A stretch of DNA of 42,064 nucleotides from contig LT649300.1 of NCBI GenBank assembly GCA_900128395.1, forward strand, positions 1 through 42,064, in the 5' to 3' direction. The notes beneath the pieces were generated by a model. It searched no databases, had not been told where the DNA came from, and was given only the letters and a program-made list of their open reading frames with translations. The DNA comes from Stramenopiles sp. TOSAG23-2 (taxonomy: Eukaryota). Positions 18,658 to 29,623 of this stretch are shown piece after piece; position 1 is the first letter of the stretch, and every line of letters begins with the position of its first letter. Both the position numbers and the translations under genes were made by a program.

Positions 18658-21387
18658 TTAAAATTTTACAGTAACTCCATCACCATTATAATTAATTGTT
18701 TTGTCTGCTTTCATTTCAATATCCAAGCCAGTGCCATGCCCTACTTTTACTATGATAAAATTGAAAGTACGTTTCAATATCATACCTTTGAATCCACCAC
18801 CATTACGTTTGCCAATAGTCAATGTTGAGCTAATATCATCCCAATTAAAGTCAATACGGGTGTATTGATTTTTAACATATGTAGATGCCGTCTCGCCGTC
18901 ATCCTCATACAGCGTAAATTGACCATTTGCTCCTTGATATATACGAAACTCTATTGGATCTTGTTGTTTTTCTGTTACATGCTGCAAATCAGGACCCAAA
19001 GGTAATATAGTACCCGCTCTTATAAACAACGCCATTTCATTTATTGGTAAATTTGTTACTGTAACTGTTGTTCCACTTTCATATTGTTGACCACTGAAAA
19101 AATTAAAATATTTATTTCCCTCATTATTTGGTAAATACACTTCACGTGATTGTGATTCTGTATATATTGGTGCAACTATTATTGAATGGCCAAATACGAA
19201 TTGGTCATTTATTTGATATACTTTTTCATCATCTGGAAATTCTAGTGCCATGGCACGTTGCATTGTATAATCAAAATTCAGTACTTCAAAGAATCCACTA
19301 TAAATATATGATAATAGACGATATCGTATGCGAATAGCAGTATTCACAATTGTCTTTTGCACATCTTGGCCATAATTCCATAATTCAGTATTGCTGCCGC
19401 CCCCATGTACCCTAAATATTGGCGTAAAACAACCAAATTGAAACCACCGTATTAGCAACGTATGGTATCCAGGGTCCGTATATTGATTTTTTGGACGGAA
19501 AAATCCTCCAATATCTTCACTCCAATATGCATGTCCGCTCATTTGATAATTTAGGCTTGCACTAATTTGCCTGCGCATGCTGTCCCATTTCCCACTGATA
19601 TCTCCACTCCATAGAGCTGCGCCAGTCCTTTGCTGTCCAGCGAATGATGATCGAGTTAATGAAAATACCCGACGTCCTTGTTCATTTGAAAAATCGCGTC
19701 TAAGACCATCTGCAATTGCCTTTGTCGTCATCAATGAATATGAATTAAAATATGCATTACCACTTCCTAGCGCGATGGATTGATTTTCCATGGAAAATCC
19801 TTCAGGCTCCGTTGCATCAAGCCACAATGCATCAACATCAATATCGAAATGTGCTTTTTTTGAAAATTGATAAAACATTTCGCGAGCGTCAGCACTCCAT
19901 GGGTCGTAATAAATGGAGCCTTTCAATATATGGCCATTAGCAAACATTTCTTTATAAAATGAAGTGAAATTGTCAAATTTGCTCCAAACAGAAATCATGA
20001 AATGGATATTTTCATCATGCAACGCTTCTACCATTCCTTTTGGATCCGGGTATATAGTATGATCCCATTGCGGTCCCCAACCCAGGTTGCCCCAGTAATG
20101 CCAGTCTTGGACAAAGGCATCAACAGGAATTTTTAAGGCACGAAATTTAGCTGCAGCATTTAACAACTCAGTTTGATTATGATAATGTTCCTTGCATTGC
20201 CAAAATCCATACGCCCAAGATGCGTATAATGGTGCAGAGCCAGTTATTTGACGATAACCTGAAATGGCATTGTCCATATGATTGTAATGTGAGTTTTGAT
20301 TAATATTTTTCTTATCCACCCCTTTTTCTTCCGATTTATATACAAAATAATAATCAATTAAATCACCGAGACGTGATTTCAATAATGCACTTTTTGATGA
20401 TGCTTGTGGCGGAATATAATATAATTTCACATTTTCAATAGACGATTGCATCGATATTGTGTATTTTGTCCTTGAACGCAAACCAGTTGCTCTACCCGAT
20501 ATACTATCTGGCAAATTGGTTAAATCGTCCCAATATTGGATAATTTGTTCACGACCGTCTTTCTCCCCAACAGCAACAATTGATAAATTTAAATAATGAT
20601 TCATACCGCAACCATAATCACTACATGCGTTAACATAAAAAATGTAATCTCCATCTACGGTAGGCGTAAATTCAATTTCTTTTGTTAAATTGCCGCCATT
20701 CATACCAGATAACAACCAATCTTCTTTTGGTGGATTAAATATAGACCGTCCATTATTATCCCATAATATTCCATATCCTTTTGTTGATATAAAAAATGGA
20801 ACAACAGCTTCTGTGTTAAATTGCACAAGTTCAATTGGAGTTGCTGAATAATCCATAATACCATTTTGATATTCACCACCACCATACATACCTTCTGAAT
20901 TATCCAGTGACCACTCCTGTTGTAAACCAAATGTTGACTGGTTCTTATCACCAAAATAATCAACAGTTGGTTCAAATTTGTATGACAGTTCTGAAGTTAT
21001 AACTTTTTCTTCATTTGCGATATCATAAAATTGAATTAAATTAGTTTTTTTATTTGCTTTTAGTAATAAATTTTTTGTTTTAATTAAGATGATATCCTCC
21101 TCCTCCTCAAGCATAGTAAATTTTTGTGATTCTTTTGCCGATGGAAAATTTGGATCTACCATTAAACTTGTGCGTGTCATTGTTTGCATTGTTGCGTTTT
21201 CATATGTTTTGCTATTGGATGTAGGCACTTTAACAATACGAACAATTGATTCAGAACATATTGAAACTGCTAAATTTGGTGATATGGTAATAATATTTCC
21301 ATCTTTCAATGTACCACACGCTGCCTTGGTTGAATGTATAGAAATGAATAAAACTATTAACGTTGTCAATATCAGTGATAAATTCAT
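18658..21387 (-). CDS. Secreted glycoside hydrolase family 31 (alpha-xylosidase/alpha-glucosidase-like)
   Basis: N-terminal signal peptide. WAYGFWQCKEHY, VQDWHYW, nucleophile motif WLDATEPE, acid/base motif WSGDI, DIGGF, RWFQFG, and a C-terminal FTLYEDDG (DUF5110-type) domain. Confidence 0.93.
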   Translation of the reverse strand: MNLSLILTTLIVLFISIHSTKAACGTLKDGNIITISPNLAVSICSESIVRIVKVPTSNSKTYENATMQTMTRTSLMVDPNFPSAKESQKFTMLEEEEDIILIKTKNLLLKANKKTNLIQFYDIANEEKVITSELSYKFEPTVDYFGDKNQSTFGLQQEWSLDNSEGMYGGGEYQNGIMDYSATPIELVQFNTEAVVPFFISTKGYGILWDNNGRSIFNPPKEDWLLSGMNGGNLTKEIEFTPTVDGDYIFYVNACSDYGCGMNHYLNLSIVAVGEKDGREQIIQYWDDLTNLPDSISGRATGLRSRTKYTISMQSSIENVKLYYIPPQASSKSALLKSRLGDLIDYYFVYKSEEKGVDKKNINQNSHYNHMDNAISGYRQITGSAPLYASWAYGFWQCKEHYHNQTELLNAAAKFRALKIPVDAFVQDWHYWGNLGWGPQWDHTIYPDPKGMVEALHDENIHFMISVWSKFDNFTSFYKEMFANGHILKGSIYYDPWSADAREMFYQFSKKAHFDIDVDALWLDATEPEGFSMENQSIALGSGNAYFNSYSLMTTKAIADGLRRDFSNEQGRRVFSLTRSSFAGQQRTGAALWSGDISGKWDSMRRQISASLNYQMSGHAYWSEDIGGFFRPKNQYTDPGYHTLLIRWFQFGCFTPIFRVHGGGSNTELWNYGQDVQKTIVNTAIRIRYRLLSYIYSGFFEVLNFDYTMQRAMALEFPDDEKVYQINDQFVFGHSIIVAPIYTESQSREVYLPNNEGNKYFNFFSGQQYESGTTVTVTNLPINEMALFIRAGTILPLGPDLQHVTEKQQDPIEFRIYQGANGQFTLYEDDGETASTYVKNQYTRIDFNWDDISSTLTIGKRNGGGFKGMILKRTFNFIIVKVGHGTGLDIEMKADKTINYNGDGVTVKF

Positions 21388-22135
21388 GAGATAATATTTT
21401 AATGATAATAATAGAATGTATATATCTATATATGTGTGTATGTGTATATATATATATATATGTTGGCTTGAACGATATAGTTTAAATCTATTTTATTTAT
21501 TCGTACATAAATAACACTTTTGTACTTTTAGGAATATGGTACATCTAAATTGAACTAAAATGTATATATATTTATTAGTAGAAAATAATAAATAATAAAT
21601 AAAATCTTAGTATATATATTATTGCACTATTATACGGGGTATAGATTATAGATAGAATGCCTGGAATGATTGTAATTGAAAAGAATGATGATTTCCAGAA
21701 TTTTCAATGATTTCTGGATTTCAATGATGATGAATACAGAGTATTTGTATGCTATGTGCCTGGTATGCTGGTTCATGAAAACTCATGGGATCATGGGTGC
21801 TTTCAAATCAAATAGAAATCTTAGTATACATATATACATATACTTAATATATTTTAGGGTTATTTCAGAAATTTTTTCGCATACAGCTATCTACAATAAA
21901 CAATTCTTTCGCACTCTTTCATTTTATGCAATTCTGTTTAGGTAATACGTAGTATTAATTATTTCTGGTACGTAATTACACATATATAGTGAATATAACA
22001 GTATGAGTAAATAAAATCTTTAACTTATGAATAAGAGAATTTTTTATATACAGCTATCTATAATAGTATTCAATCTATACAACAATATGGTATATTCCAG
22101 TATTTAGATGCTAGATGTATCATACCACTTTTTTT

Positions 22136-24868
22136 TTATTCTTCTACCAGAAACATTTTTTGTTTCTCTTCTACAACATCTGTTTCAACCTCTACAACTT
22201 TCTCCACCACATCTTGCTCTTCCTCCACCTTTTCATCTTTTACAATTATTATGGAGGAGGAAGATACATTTAATTCATCATCTTCCTCCTCCTCCTCGTC
22301 ATCATCATCTAAACCACCACTATTTCTCATATTATAATCAAACGCTTTCATCAATGCAATTTTCCATTCACGTTGAATACAATTCACGGCATATATTCTA
22401 GCTCGTCGTAGTTCTTTTTGCTTTGTAGCAAGATTTCGAGCATATTCTTGCGCTTTACGATTTTGAGAATTGGGTGAAACTTGAGCAGATTCTTTAGCTT
22501 GTTTTCTTTTCATTTCATTAACTCGTTTTTGTGCCTTTACTTTCTCTTTATCCGCGTCATATTCTTTTCTAGGTGTTCTTGGCGTAGACAATCCATTTTC
22601 ATCATCAGTGGATGATGATTTAGCTTTGATAATCCTATAACCGTCCTCTTTTAATTTTTCTAAACCGGTATCTAACGATCGTCGCTTCGGTTTATTCTTT
22701 ATTTTTTTTTCATATATTTCTTCTTCCGTTGGTAATTCCTGTTTTTTGAAAAATTTGATTTCAAATCCTTTTTCTTTCAATTGATTCAAACCAGTGTCTA
22801 ATTTTTTAGATTCCTTTTTTTCCTTCAACTTCTTTTCATAATAAGATTCATCTACTTGATCTATATACGATGACATGTAATTTGCCGCTTTAACTTGTTT
22901 TGCGACTACATTTGTTCTTGCTTTAATATTTCTTTTTTTTTTCATCGCTTCATTAATTTCGTTAGATATTCTTTCATTGTTTTTGCTCATATCGATAATT
23001 TTAGTCTTTTTCAATAACAATGATGATGATTTGGACGCCGGTGGATTTGGTGGAATAGCACACGTCGAGGAAATATTGAGCAGATTAGACTGTTGTTTAC
23101 CCTTTTTATTCTCAACTACTGTTTTCTTTTTTTTCACTTTCAATGCTTTTACTCTCTTCTTCGCCATTCTTTTCACTTTCTTCCTTTTTTTCTTTTTTAC
23201 TTTTTTTTTAATAACACCAGTAACTACAAATTCCATTGGGCTTCCTTCAATATCTCCTTCATCATAATCATCTTTTTCACCATTGCTGCAGCTACTATTC
23301 CCATCATCATTACTACTATCTTCATTACTATCACGGCTGCTATTATTTTTACTCGTTGATGTTGTGCTATTACTATCTTCATCCTTCTCTGATTCCGATG
23401 ATGATGATGATGGTATTGGTAATGTTGGAATTTTAGATTCTGTAAATTTATTGAGATCTCTTAACACAGCTGCATGAAAATCCTCCGTATCACAAGAAGA
23501 TGTAACTTCACTACTAGTATGTATAGTATCATTTGATCTTTTATCATTATTATTGCTTTTTGCAATTGGTATATGCTTGCTAGGTACATTAACGAAATTT
23601 GTCATATTATTATTATTAAGAAAACCTTGTATTGATAATTTCGGTTTACTATTAGTGACATTGCTATTACTATTATCATTATTATTATTATTGTTATCCC
23701 GATTCATCATATTAGTTTCAATACCATTAGATGATGATGGGGCAGACGATGGAAATTTCATGTTGGAATATGATGATTGTGTTTCTCCGTTTATAATAGT
23801 AGTGGAATGTTGTTGTTTTAAGCATGGTGGCGTAATGCTTTTTCTTGGTACTACTGGTATTTTACCACCTGAGTTACTACTGTTGTTGATATTACTGCTA
23901 CTATTACTTCTGCTTGGATACGTCGAGTTCAATTGTTGTTGTTGTTGTTGTTTTTGTTTTAATAATAAAAATTGTTTATGCTGTAATTCTTTTTGTTCTT
24001 TCTCATATTGTTGTTGTTGCATTATTAATTTTTGCATTGCAGCTTCTTGATTTTTTACGATATTTTTATTACTATTATTATTAGCGATGGATGATGATGA
24101 AGAAGAAGAAGAAGATGATAGCACATGTCGACTATTTATATGTTTAGCATTGTTATTGTTTCTAGGTAATGCATAATTCGATGATCCATTCAATGTTTTA
24201 TGCATTAGACTTGGGCTACCAAATGACCCAAAAGTTTGTCGACTATTATTCATATGAATATAACTCGTATGATTATTAGTATTTTGTTGTTGTTGTTGTA
24301 GTTGTTGAATTGATCGACCAGATTGTAGTCTATTTTTTGACCATACTATATTTCTATTATTATTGTTGTTGATGTTGGCGTTGATATATGAACGATTGGT
24401 ATTATTTTTTGAATAGAAATTATTTGGTTTTTTTTGGTTGTGAATTGTTGAAGAAAAATTGAGCCCATTACCATGGTTGTTCCTATGCTTATAATTTGCA
24501 GTTATTTTATTATTATTGTTTCTCATAAATTGGTTTACATTTGTTTTATTGCTTGGTAATGAATAATCCAATCTATTTTGTACTTTTGGTACATGAATTT
24601 TAGCTTTTCCAGCAAATTGCAAATATGAGCGATTGGATTGATACTGCCTCTTCCTTGTGGCAGCTTGAGCTTTCATTTTGTCTGTTACATAATCGGTATG
24701 CCTAAAAAAATTTGCTCCATTTAATGCTAAGTTTGATGTCTGTTGTTGTTGTTGGAGATGCTTGTTTAATAAACGTTTTCTATTTACATGAATATTTTGA
24801 TGTTGTGGTAAGGTATTCCATTTATCATTTGGATTCAATGTGCTATATACAGATGGGTGATGCCTCAT
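22136..24868 (-). CDS. Large low-complexity (N/Q/S/K-rich) protein with a C-terminal SVBP-like RARIYAVN motif
   Basis: 910-aa ORF with typical codon usage, mostly disordered, with a Lys-rich NLS-like tract. Confidence 0.75.
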   Translation of the reverse strand: MRHHPSVYSTLNPNDKWNTLPQHQNIHVNRKRLLNKHLQQQQQTSNLALNGANFFRHTDYVTDKMKAQAATRKRQYQSNRSYLQFAGKAKIHVPKVQNRLDYSLPSNKTNVNQFMRNNNNKITANYKHRNNHGNGLNFSSTIHNQKKPNNFYSKNNTNRSYINANINNNNNRNIVWSKNRLQSGRSIQQLQQQQQNTNNHTSYIHMNNSRQTFGSFGSPSLMHKTLNGSSNYALPRNNNNAKHINSRHVLSSSSSSSSSSIANNNSNKNIVKNQEAAMQKLIMQQQQYEKEQKELQHKQFLLLKQKQQQQQQLNSTYPSRSNSSSNINNSSNSGGKIPVVPRKSITPPCLKQQHSTTIINGETQSSYSNMKFPSSAPSSSNGIETNMMNRDNNNNNNDNSNSNVTNSKPKLSIQGFLNNNNMTNFVNVPSKHIPIAKSNNNDKRSNDTIHTSSEVTSSCDTEDFHAAVLRDLNKFTESKIPTLPIPSSSSSESEKDEDSNSTTSTSKNNSSRDSNEDSSNDDGNSSCSNGEKDDYDEGDIEGSPMEFVVTGVIKKKVKKKKRKKVKRMAKKRVKALKVKKKKTVVENKKGKQQSNLLNISSTCAIPPNPPASKSSSLLLKKTKIIDMSKNNERISNEINEAMKKKRNIKARTNVVAKQVKAANYMSSYIDQVDESYYEKKLKEKKESKKLDTGLNQLKEKGFEIKFFKKQELPTEEEIYEKKIKNKPKRRSLDTGLEKLKEDGYRIIKAKSSSTDDENGLSTPRTPRKEYDADKEKVKAQKRVNEMKRKQAKESAQVSPNSQNRKAQEYARNLATKQKELRRARIYAVNCIQREWKIALMKAFDYNMRNSGGLDDDDEEEEEDDELNVSSSSIIIVKDEKVEEEQDVVEKVVEVETDVVEEKQKMFLVEE

Positions 24869-25133
24869 CTTTCTATATATATATTACTTCTTTTATTCAA
24901 TTGATATATATATGTATACAAAATTATTACTATTGATATGTTTTGCTCTGTGATATAATATCCATATATATCCTTTTCTCATCATTACTATTTTTTACCA
25001 AGAAGATATATATATTTTATACCAATGATGAAACTGTAGTACTGATGATGATATGTGCATCATAGATCTAAATAAGCGTACCAGCGGGCCAGGTACCTGG
25101 TATTCGCGCAAAAAAAATGGTTGTTTGCTGGTT

Positions 25134-25150
25134 TGCTATCCAGGCTATAT
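25134..25150 (+). promoter_or_regulatory. Candidate promoter motif TGCTATCCAGGCTATAT (identical copy at 15676-15692)
   Basis: Exact 17-bp match in two divergent-promoter regions, both upstream of + strand genes. Confidence 0.45.
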
Positions 25151-25561
25151 CTGTGCATCTCAGATAATAAAAAATAACGTTGGAGACGACTGTGGAGTTT
25201 AAATTATAGTACAACACTACCTATACTATAATTGGTTGTATCATCCTATATAATCTTTTTTTTGGGTTCTTTTTTTGCATTTTACTAATTTGTTCGTTCT
25301 TTTCGTTCTTCTGCACAGTTGCTTCTATTAAAAATTATATATATACTATACATAATTCGAATAATATAATAAATAATACATTGTATAACAAGAGATTGTA
25401 TGTATTATACATATATATTTACATTTATATACAAAACAACAGATATATATATATATATATAGATATAAATATTTACAAATATACATATATCATACACATA
25501 TTTAAATATATAAATATATGCATATAGATAGATAGATAGATAGATAACTATTAATATCATT

Positions 25562-26833
25562 ATGGGAGGAAATAATAATACAGATAATAAACCACCAAAT
25601 GATGCAGCAGAACCACAATGTACAATATTTTCAGAAAATTCCATACTAGCATTTTTAAACCCATATATACCTCACTTAGCAATGGCATATGTTATGTTTT
25701 GTTTTGCTGGATATACATGCATGGGACGCCATTTGAAAGGGGAAGGTCCAATGTTCGAGCCACTAGTTTTTTTATTAATAAGACATTGGGGTTCAGCACT
25801 TTTAATAACTGTATATGTTTATTGCAACGAAAAAATTGTAATACCGAAGCGAAAAGAACGATTTCGTATATTTTTGTGCGGTTCTTTGGGCATAAGTGGC
25901 ACACATCTTTTGTTTATATACGGTTTACGTGCTACAACAGCAACTAGTGCTGCCTGTTTAGAACCATTAATACCATGTGTCGTATTTGTAATGGCTTTAT
26001 GCTTCGGCTTTGAAACCGTTATCAATAGTTGTAATTTTTACTTGAAGATATTAGGAGTTATACTTGGATGTGGTGGTGCTATTTTAACAACATTAGGTCA
26101 TGCCAGATCGCATATACACATTACAGGTGTTGGTAGCGTACAACGTATGGGATTGAAGAAAATAAGACATTATGTAGGTGATGGTGCAATTTTCTTACAA
26201 TGCTTTACACTCGGAATGTACATATTATTAATCAAAGCATTTGTTAAAAAATATTCTCCAATGTGGTTGACTGCGATGATCTTACTTTCCGGTGCATGTT
26301 TTACTTCATTTGTTACATTGCTGAGCTTATTAGGTGCAGGTGGTTCATGGCCTGGTTGGGATACATGGAAGATACATGAAACTTTTTGGTTAGAAGCTGC
26401 ATATGCTACTATCATTGCAAGTATACAAAATTATGCATTGCGCACTTGGGCAATGCAATATATGAAATCAACAACGGTATCAATGTATTTTTGTTTAGAT
26501 CCTCCTGCAACCGCATTATTGGCATTTCTATATTTAGGTGAAGAAATCCATTTAAATCAAATTATTGGTGCGATATTAATTTTATCCGGGATGTATATGA
26601 CAATACATTTTGGAGAAAAAATCATATCACCACCAACACCAGTAAGCACAAACAAAAGAAGACGAAGATCATCCCATGAGCGTAGAATTAGTTCACCATC
26701 TAATTTTCCAGCATATCGTGATATTGATGATGAGATGGAAGATCAACCATTGATGAATCCTTATCGTGACGATGATGATGAACTTGAAATGACTGAAGAT
26801 AATACTGATATGTATGGTTCAGATGAGTGGTAA
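25562..26833 (+). CDS. EamA/DMT superfamily transporter (WAT1-related)
   Basis: About 10 TM helices in two EamA repeats (GLRATTATSAACLEPLIP..., LAFLYLGEEIHLNQIIGAILILSG). Confidence 0.9.
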   Translation: MGGNNNTDNKPPNDAAEPQCTIFSENSILAFLNPYIPHLAMAYVMFCFAGYTCMGRHLKGEGPMFEPLVFLLIRHWGSALLITVYVYCNEKIVIPKRKERFRIFLCGSLGISGTHLLFIYGLRATTATSAACLEPLIPCVVFVMALCFGFETVINSCNFYLKILGVILGCGGAILTTLGHARSHIHITGVGSVQRMGLKKIRHYVGDGAIFLQCFTLGMYILLIKAFVKKYSPMWLTAMILLSGACFTSFVTLLSLLGAGGSWPGWDTWKIHETFWLEAAYATIIASIQNYALRTWAMQYMKSTTVSMYFCLDPPATALLAFLYLGEEIHLNQIIGAILILSGMYMTIHFGEKIISPPTPVSTNKRRRRSSHERRISSPSNFPAYRDIDDEMEDQPLMNPYRDDDDELEMTEDNTDMYGSDEW

Positions 26834-27130
26834 TATACAAATATTCGGTACATTAATTAAAAATATTTTTAACGTACGATATATTTATACTTCGTATACG
26901 TCACAGCAGTAGTAAACGTATTTCCTTATTAATGTTCATATTGTACATATATACCAATATTTATATACGAAGTGTATCATATTATGTTATTTAAATAAAA
27001 AATTGTTTTTATTGCCACAACCGTGCACTTCAAGATCTTTTTCCGAATAGTTACCGGTTGTTGTTCACAACAGGATCTCTCACTTCGACAACCTCACCGT
27101 TTTCGAATGAGCCCGGCGTCCAACGCGTTC

Positions 27131-27364
27131 AACGTTCGAACATGTTGGAAGGATAGAAACCTACTTGTGCTTGTAGAGTATTAGTTTGCAGAGGTGCATT
27201 AGAGCTTTACTATAGTAGGATAACATATATTATTCTTGCGATTGAGTATTGAGCATATTACTTAACACGAGAAGTGTAAAATTATTATGATATGCATATG
27301 CATATCATAATATGATATAATTTAATTTACGCATATTATATACGTAACTTAGATTTTAACCATC
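27131..27364 (+). repeat. Dispersed hairpin-rich repeat family A, copy 3
   Basis: Longest copy. Shares its 5' part with 12649-12768 and its 3' part with 18447-18622. Includes a perfect 30-bp palindrome at 27283-27312. Confidence 0.9.
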
Positions 27365-27386
27365 ATAAATACATATATATAAAATG

Positions 27387-27426
27387 TTCTCTTACTCATA
27401 TATTATATAAATTTCTTTTACTCCCG
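27387..27426 (+). repeat. Dispersed repeat family B (40 bp identical to 11142-11181; inverted degenerate copy ~33070-33102)
   Basis: ttctcttactcatatattatataaatttcttttactcccg occurs at 11142 and 27387; this copy runs directly into the N gap. Confidence 0.85.
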
Positions 27427-27454
27427 NNNNNNNNNNNNNNNNNNNNNNNNNNNN
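27427..27454. other. Assembly gap (28 N)
   Basis: Run of N. Confidence 1.
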
Positions 27455-27835
27455 TTTATAAAGTTTAGTAAAAATTATTTAGTATTCAAAAGATTGTTCC
27501 TCTGTCTGTGATTCAGAGTTAGACGAAAGAGATACTCCTTCATAAAGTTGTAAATCACATGGTTTAATCAATCTAAAATGTTTTTGATAAATATAAAAAA
27601 TTCTCTTATTTTGATAAATATATATATATAATATCATACATGTGTGCGAGACATATTTTACAAAAAAAGCACGAATATTTGTTTGTGTGTTACTTCGTAC
27701 GTACGTAATATAACTAAATTATACGATTCGTATTTAAAATACCATCTTATTTAAAATATCATATTTAAATATGATATGATATGTATACACATCATATTTT
27801 AGTGTTATCGTACAAATACGAGAAGTTTAAACAGT

Positions 27836-29623
27836 TCAAAGTAGTGGCTCTTGGCCATTCCAATCCACACTTGCACCAGGCCAACGTGTCCTAATAACAT
27901 CATCAAGTGGTGGTACAATGTCACTTCTATCAATCACACTTTTAGTCCTAGAGACAGTTAAATGGTATAAATTCTCTTGTGATGCTAATTCATCGTAAAA
28001 GTACAACTCTAAAACCATTTTTTGGTCCAAATCTTCTTTTTTCTCCATCGTAAATAAAACGGTGTAATGACTTTCACTACATATTACCCATACATTCACA
28101 TCTGGTTTTTTATACAATTCACCAGCAGATACATATCCAAAATGTTCAAAATATGTCAAAAAACCACATAATGGCTTACCTGAGATACCTCTCAATGTTA
28201 AACCATCCATATCTTTAACGCCATCAAATATATTAGACCGTGCCCGTCCACTTAATAATAAATTCACTAATTCTTGATTTGCATAATTATGTCCACCAAT
28301 CAAAGTTGGTGTTTCTGCCATAACATCTACATCTTCATTGCAACTATCAATTCCACGCGTTAAAACCGCTGATATGCAAACGCATACTACTCCTGGTCCA
28401 TCTGGTTTCACAAATTTGTCTAAATTCGCTTTAATGAATTGGTCTAATTCCATTCTACCACTAAAGGTAAATAATTCAAGTTGCTCTGTTAATCCATCAG
28501 CTTTGTACGAAGCAGTTTGGCGTGGAGCAGCATCTTGTTTCTCCTCTTCAGTTCGTTCACGTTCAAGTGCTACAATCGGTCTACCATATTGATTACCATC
28601 TTCATCTTTTTTAGCACAAATCATAATAACATCTACTATTGCTCCAACTAATGCTTCTGTTAAATCATCCATCGACGGTGCATTGATGTTATTTAAATTG
28701 TATTTGCCATTAGATGTAAACAACAAACGTCTTAATATACATGCTTGTACTGCTGCTAATACCCCACATGGGCCACCATTCCGTTGCACTAAACCAAATC
28801 CAGCAGTTTTATTTGCAGTAAAAAACAAACCTTGTTTTTTCCATGCATCATTAAAACTTTTACCACGAATTTTTGTACCAAAAAATAATTTACGAATCCC
28901 TTTCGCATTTTCAATTGAAATCAACCGTGGTCGTACAAGTGATGAATTGGATTGCGATTCTTTTATTTCTTCGACATAATTTGTAATATATTCTAAAAAT
29001 TTTTGATTTCCAGGATCACCAAGAATATTATTACTAACTTTATTATTACTATTATTTCCATCTTTCCCACTCCAATCAATACGAAAATCATCATCGTCGT
29101 CGTTGTTTGCATTAGTACTATTACCACCAATACTAAAATTGCCGAAAGGATCATTATCAACGGCATCATTATTCCCACCACCACCGATACTAAAATTACC
29201 AAACGGGTCGTTTTTATCATCAATATTATTATTGTTATTTCTTTGAACCTCAATATCGTCATCTTGTTTTTTATCGACTTTTTCAATAACGTTTTTGGCA
29301 GTTACTTTGTTACTACTACTGTTTGAAGATAACTTTTTCTTGCTTGTTGTTGTGGACGACGATGATAAAGAGGATTCCTTTGATTTATTATCACCATAAC
29401 GTGAAGTAAAGTCATGCACCATAACTTCAATTTTCGATTCGTACCCTCCTTTACTTTTATCATCTTTAGTTGCTCTTTCCATACGGCTCCCACTAGGTAC
29501 GTCGTTACATTTACCTTCAAATTGATCGACTTGTACATCTTGGTATGCTGCTAATGCACGTGCATACTTCGTTGGATTTTTTTTTAAATATTCATATACT
29601 AAATCATCTGACAATGTTGTCAT
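27836..29623 (-). CDS. MINDY-3/4-type deubiquitinase (DUF4205/FAM188)
   Basis: Catalytic QRNGGPCGVLAAVQA, QELVNLLLSGRA, VWVICSESHYTVLF, and terminal IRTRWPGASVDWNG. Confidence 0.9.
   Translation of the reverse strand: MTTLSDDLVYEYLKKNPTKYARALAAYQDVQVDQFEGKCNDVPSGSRMERATKDDKSKGGYESKIEVMVHDFTSRYGDNKSKESSLSSSSTTTSKKKLSSNSSSNKVTAKNVIEKVDKKQDDDIEVQRNNNNNIDDKNDPFGNFSIGGGGNNDAVDNDPFGNFSIGGNSTNANNDDDDDFRIDWSGKDGNNSNNKVSNNILGDPGNQKFLEYITNYVEEIKESQSNSSLVRPRLISIENAKGIRKLFFGTKIRGKSFNDAWKKQGLFFTANKTAGFGLVQRNGGPCGVLAAVQACILRRLLFTSNGKYNLNNINAPSMDDLTEALVGAIVDVIMICAKKDEDGNQYGRPIVALERERTEEEKQDAAPRQTASYKADGLTEQLELFTFSGRMELDQFIKANLDKFVKPDGPGVVCVCISAVLTRGIDSCNEDVDVMAETPTLIGGHNYANQELVNLLLSGRARSNIFDGVKDMDGLTLRGISGKPLCGFLTYFEHFGYVSAGELYKKPDVNVWVICSESHYTVLFTMEKKEDLDQKMVLELYFYDELASQENLYHLTVSRTKSVIDRSDIVPPLDDVIRTRWPGASVDWNGQEPLL

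Noticed and set aside
22977-24050. Antisense Leu/Cys-rich ORFs (also 31803..32261 and similar)
   Set aside because: They are shadows of AAT/CAA/GAT low-complexity codons in the real genes on the opposite strand.
25020-25075. C/D box snoRNA or hammerhead (ATGATGA...CTGATGA)
   Set aside because: No proper terminal D box or stem, no GAAA core, and no recognisable rRNA-complementary guide.
27131-27243. tRNA gene (GTTCGAA present)
   Set aside because: No canonical cloverleaf, A box or acceptor stem around the motif; treated as repeat family A.
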